From positions 6,138,001 to 6,202,000 of the forward strand of contig CM119371.1 of NCBI GenBank assembly GCA_051294905.1: 64,000 nt of DNA, written 5' to 3'. Source of the DNA: Botryllus schlosseri. Its lineage: Eukaryota. Made by a program: the position numbers and the translations under genes. The notes under the pieces were generated by a model. That model was not told the DNA's origin, searched no databases, and worked only from the letters and a program-made list of their open reading frames with translations. Below are positions 61,811 to 64,000 of the stretch, in pieces (positions within the stretch are counted from its first letter, which is position 1; the number at the start of each line of letters is the position of its first letter).

Positions 61811-64000
61811 CAGCTGTAACAATCAGCTGTTGAGCGTGTTTGTTAGGCTTCTCTTTTTTTTTGCTTATTGGCACCGATTCCGATGAATACTGCACATTTT
61901 GTGGTTTCGTTTGATATTATTAACCTATGAAATCGTTAGATTTTATCTTCTTCCTATTGTTTGTTGGTATACTGATTATAAGTGGATGCTGCACATTCTG
62001 TGGTGTCTTTGACAAACTAGTTCAAAATAAAGCGTTTCTGTGAATAATTCGAGGCTGAAACTATCTATTTAGAGGACGATGCCAAAACTGCCAAAAATAA
62101 AAATCAGAAAATGCCAAAAATAAGTTAGTTTTGGCATATGCCAAAAATAACACGGCCTGACTATAGGCCTAGTTGTCTTGGCCAAGTCACAATGCACAAT
62201 ATCTGATTTTGTTGTTGGAATCATGACATTCCGGGTTACTATGTTTACCCTCACCGTAAAGCAACTAATATTGCTTTCTCTGTTCTCATAGTCTTTTTAG
62301 CTCATTTCCCCTGCCTAGTTCCCACCACTCGCATATATATTCAAGATATATACCGTACCTAACATTACCGTATTGATTCGAGATGTGATATAAATAAATC
62401 CTTGTAAGGCATTACTTGATGCTAATTTGTAGATTATCCTGTATGGAATCGGTGTCCTGTGCTCACACTATGTTTTATTTTTTAAATATTTTTTATTAAA
62501 TTACTTTAACTTGGAAATTACTCCCTGGCTCACCTGATATATCAGGCAAAACGGCCAGCGATTCCAATCAGGTTGATTATAATGTTCATATCTGTTTTGC
62601 AGGCTATATTTAATGTGAAATAGCACTAAAGCAATAGCAGGATTTTTTCAGATCCTAATTTTGTTGCTCAACTGTCGGACTCCGAAATCCTATTTGACTG
62701 TCGGATCAGGACGGATACGGATTCCCAAAATCTGGAATCCGCCCATCTCTGGTCGTGAAGACACAGTAGGGATATCATTGCTGTGACGTCACAGTGCTGC
62801 GACAATCGTCATCGAAACCAATACGTCAATACGTTCTTGATATGTTGGTGCTAGCTCGGAGTATCAGATAAGATCGCATTCACTGCTGTACGACAGTATG
62901 TCGTACCGTACCGGTATCCTTGCCGATCAAATCGCGTAGTTGAGAAGGTTAGCATTGTTACCATTGTTTAATCATCAATCACATTTTTATATCTGTGTTT
63001 GAGCTCACAATTGAAACAAACTTTTCGGATTGATCTAAACGGCTATGCCTACTATCGTGCTATACATTATATATATATAGTATATAATATCAATTGTGCC
63101 TCACATCGGTTCTACAATGAAGAATAAAGTTTAGAATATTGCATTAGTGGACTTCCCCGTTATTTTTGATGCAATCAAAATCTGCGCGCAATCAAAATCG
63201 TGGTGTGGCCGTCGCCCACTCATATGAGTGGGTGCGGGTATTTCGGGAAGACAATCACCCACTCAAATGAGTGGGTCGGGGCTCAAAGAGTTAACTCATG
63301 TGCACTGCGTCATTGGGCGGAGAATGCTACATATCAGTTATATCTGCGGAAAGTCAACAGCGCTTTACTGGAGTATTAGAGGTTCGCGGTGTGATAAAAG
63401 GAGTTATTTAGCATCATCATTGTCAGGAAAAATTGCGGGCAGTTCTATTAAGTTGTCGCTGAGCTGCATGACTATTGTCACATAGGGCCTACCCGTTTCA
63501 CTTGTTATTCTGCTGATATGGTAATGTCATCCTCCAAATCACTCTTCTCTCGTTATGCCAGATTGTATCCTTGGCTAGGCCTGTTCTCTTGCCTTTTCAA
63601 ATTAGAGGATTCAAATATGCTGGTTCTGTGCTAGGTGCTAGCAATCTCTTGCTCAATTTGCCACCAATTCTACTGGCAACTTCCCCAAGTGCAGTCTGGA
63701 ATCCTGCCATCTCAAATAAATCCGAACACAATATCAGTAATATTGTTGTTGAATTAGCGCAATGTTCTTTAGGCATTCTGGTTTTTTCGAATAACCGGGC
63801 TCCCACAATTTGAAAATGGATGGATGCCAATATTGATGTCCAGAATGTGGACATCAGCCTCTCAAAATAAAAAAGATGGACATAAGTACAGTCCAACTAT
63901 GAAACTAGTGGATTTGGCCGCTTTGGCACCGTACCAGTGTGTAAGGCATGCTTAAGGCATGTGAGTGAATTGTGAAAACATGTCATGAGGTGCTTCAATT

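Overview
Invertebrate animal genomic DNA with many short introns and a 100-N assembly gap at 53577-53676. (1) 663-14652: a minus-strand ALDH16-type aldehyde dehydrogenase gene that keeps the catalytic Cys and Glu but shows two frameshifts; I could not find its middle exons. Its introns carry MITEs. (2) About 13-23 kb: a tRNA-derived SINE, a CR1/L2 fragment, and a complete but degenerate hATm DNA transposon (TIRs, 8-bp TSD) holding a truncated RTE-like LINE. (3) 23449-53576: a tandem array of a 7703-bp unit, H1(+) H4(-) H3(+) H2B(-) H2A(+) plus a U2 snRNA gene (-). In two of the three H3 genes a full-length 5151-bp L1/Tx1-clade non-LTR retrotransposon sits at exactly the same site (after H3 codon 8, 18-bp TSD, no poly(A) tail). 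Its 5' leader encodes a chimeric H4-tail/H3 micro-ORF whose H4 part is synonymously diverged from the local H4, and its ORF1 ends in an unusual 14-Cys module. This apparently histone-H3-targeted retroelement is the main candidate for a new system. (4) After the gap: exons of a coiled-coil gene (+), the 3' half of a PRPF39-like gene (-), an 88-bp minisatellite, MITEs and a hAT transposase relic. All calls come from reading the sequence and from recalled family motifs; no searches were run.
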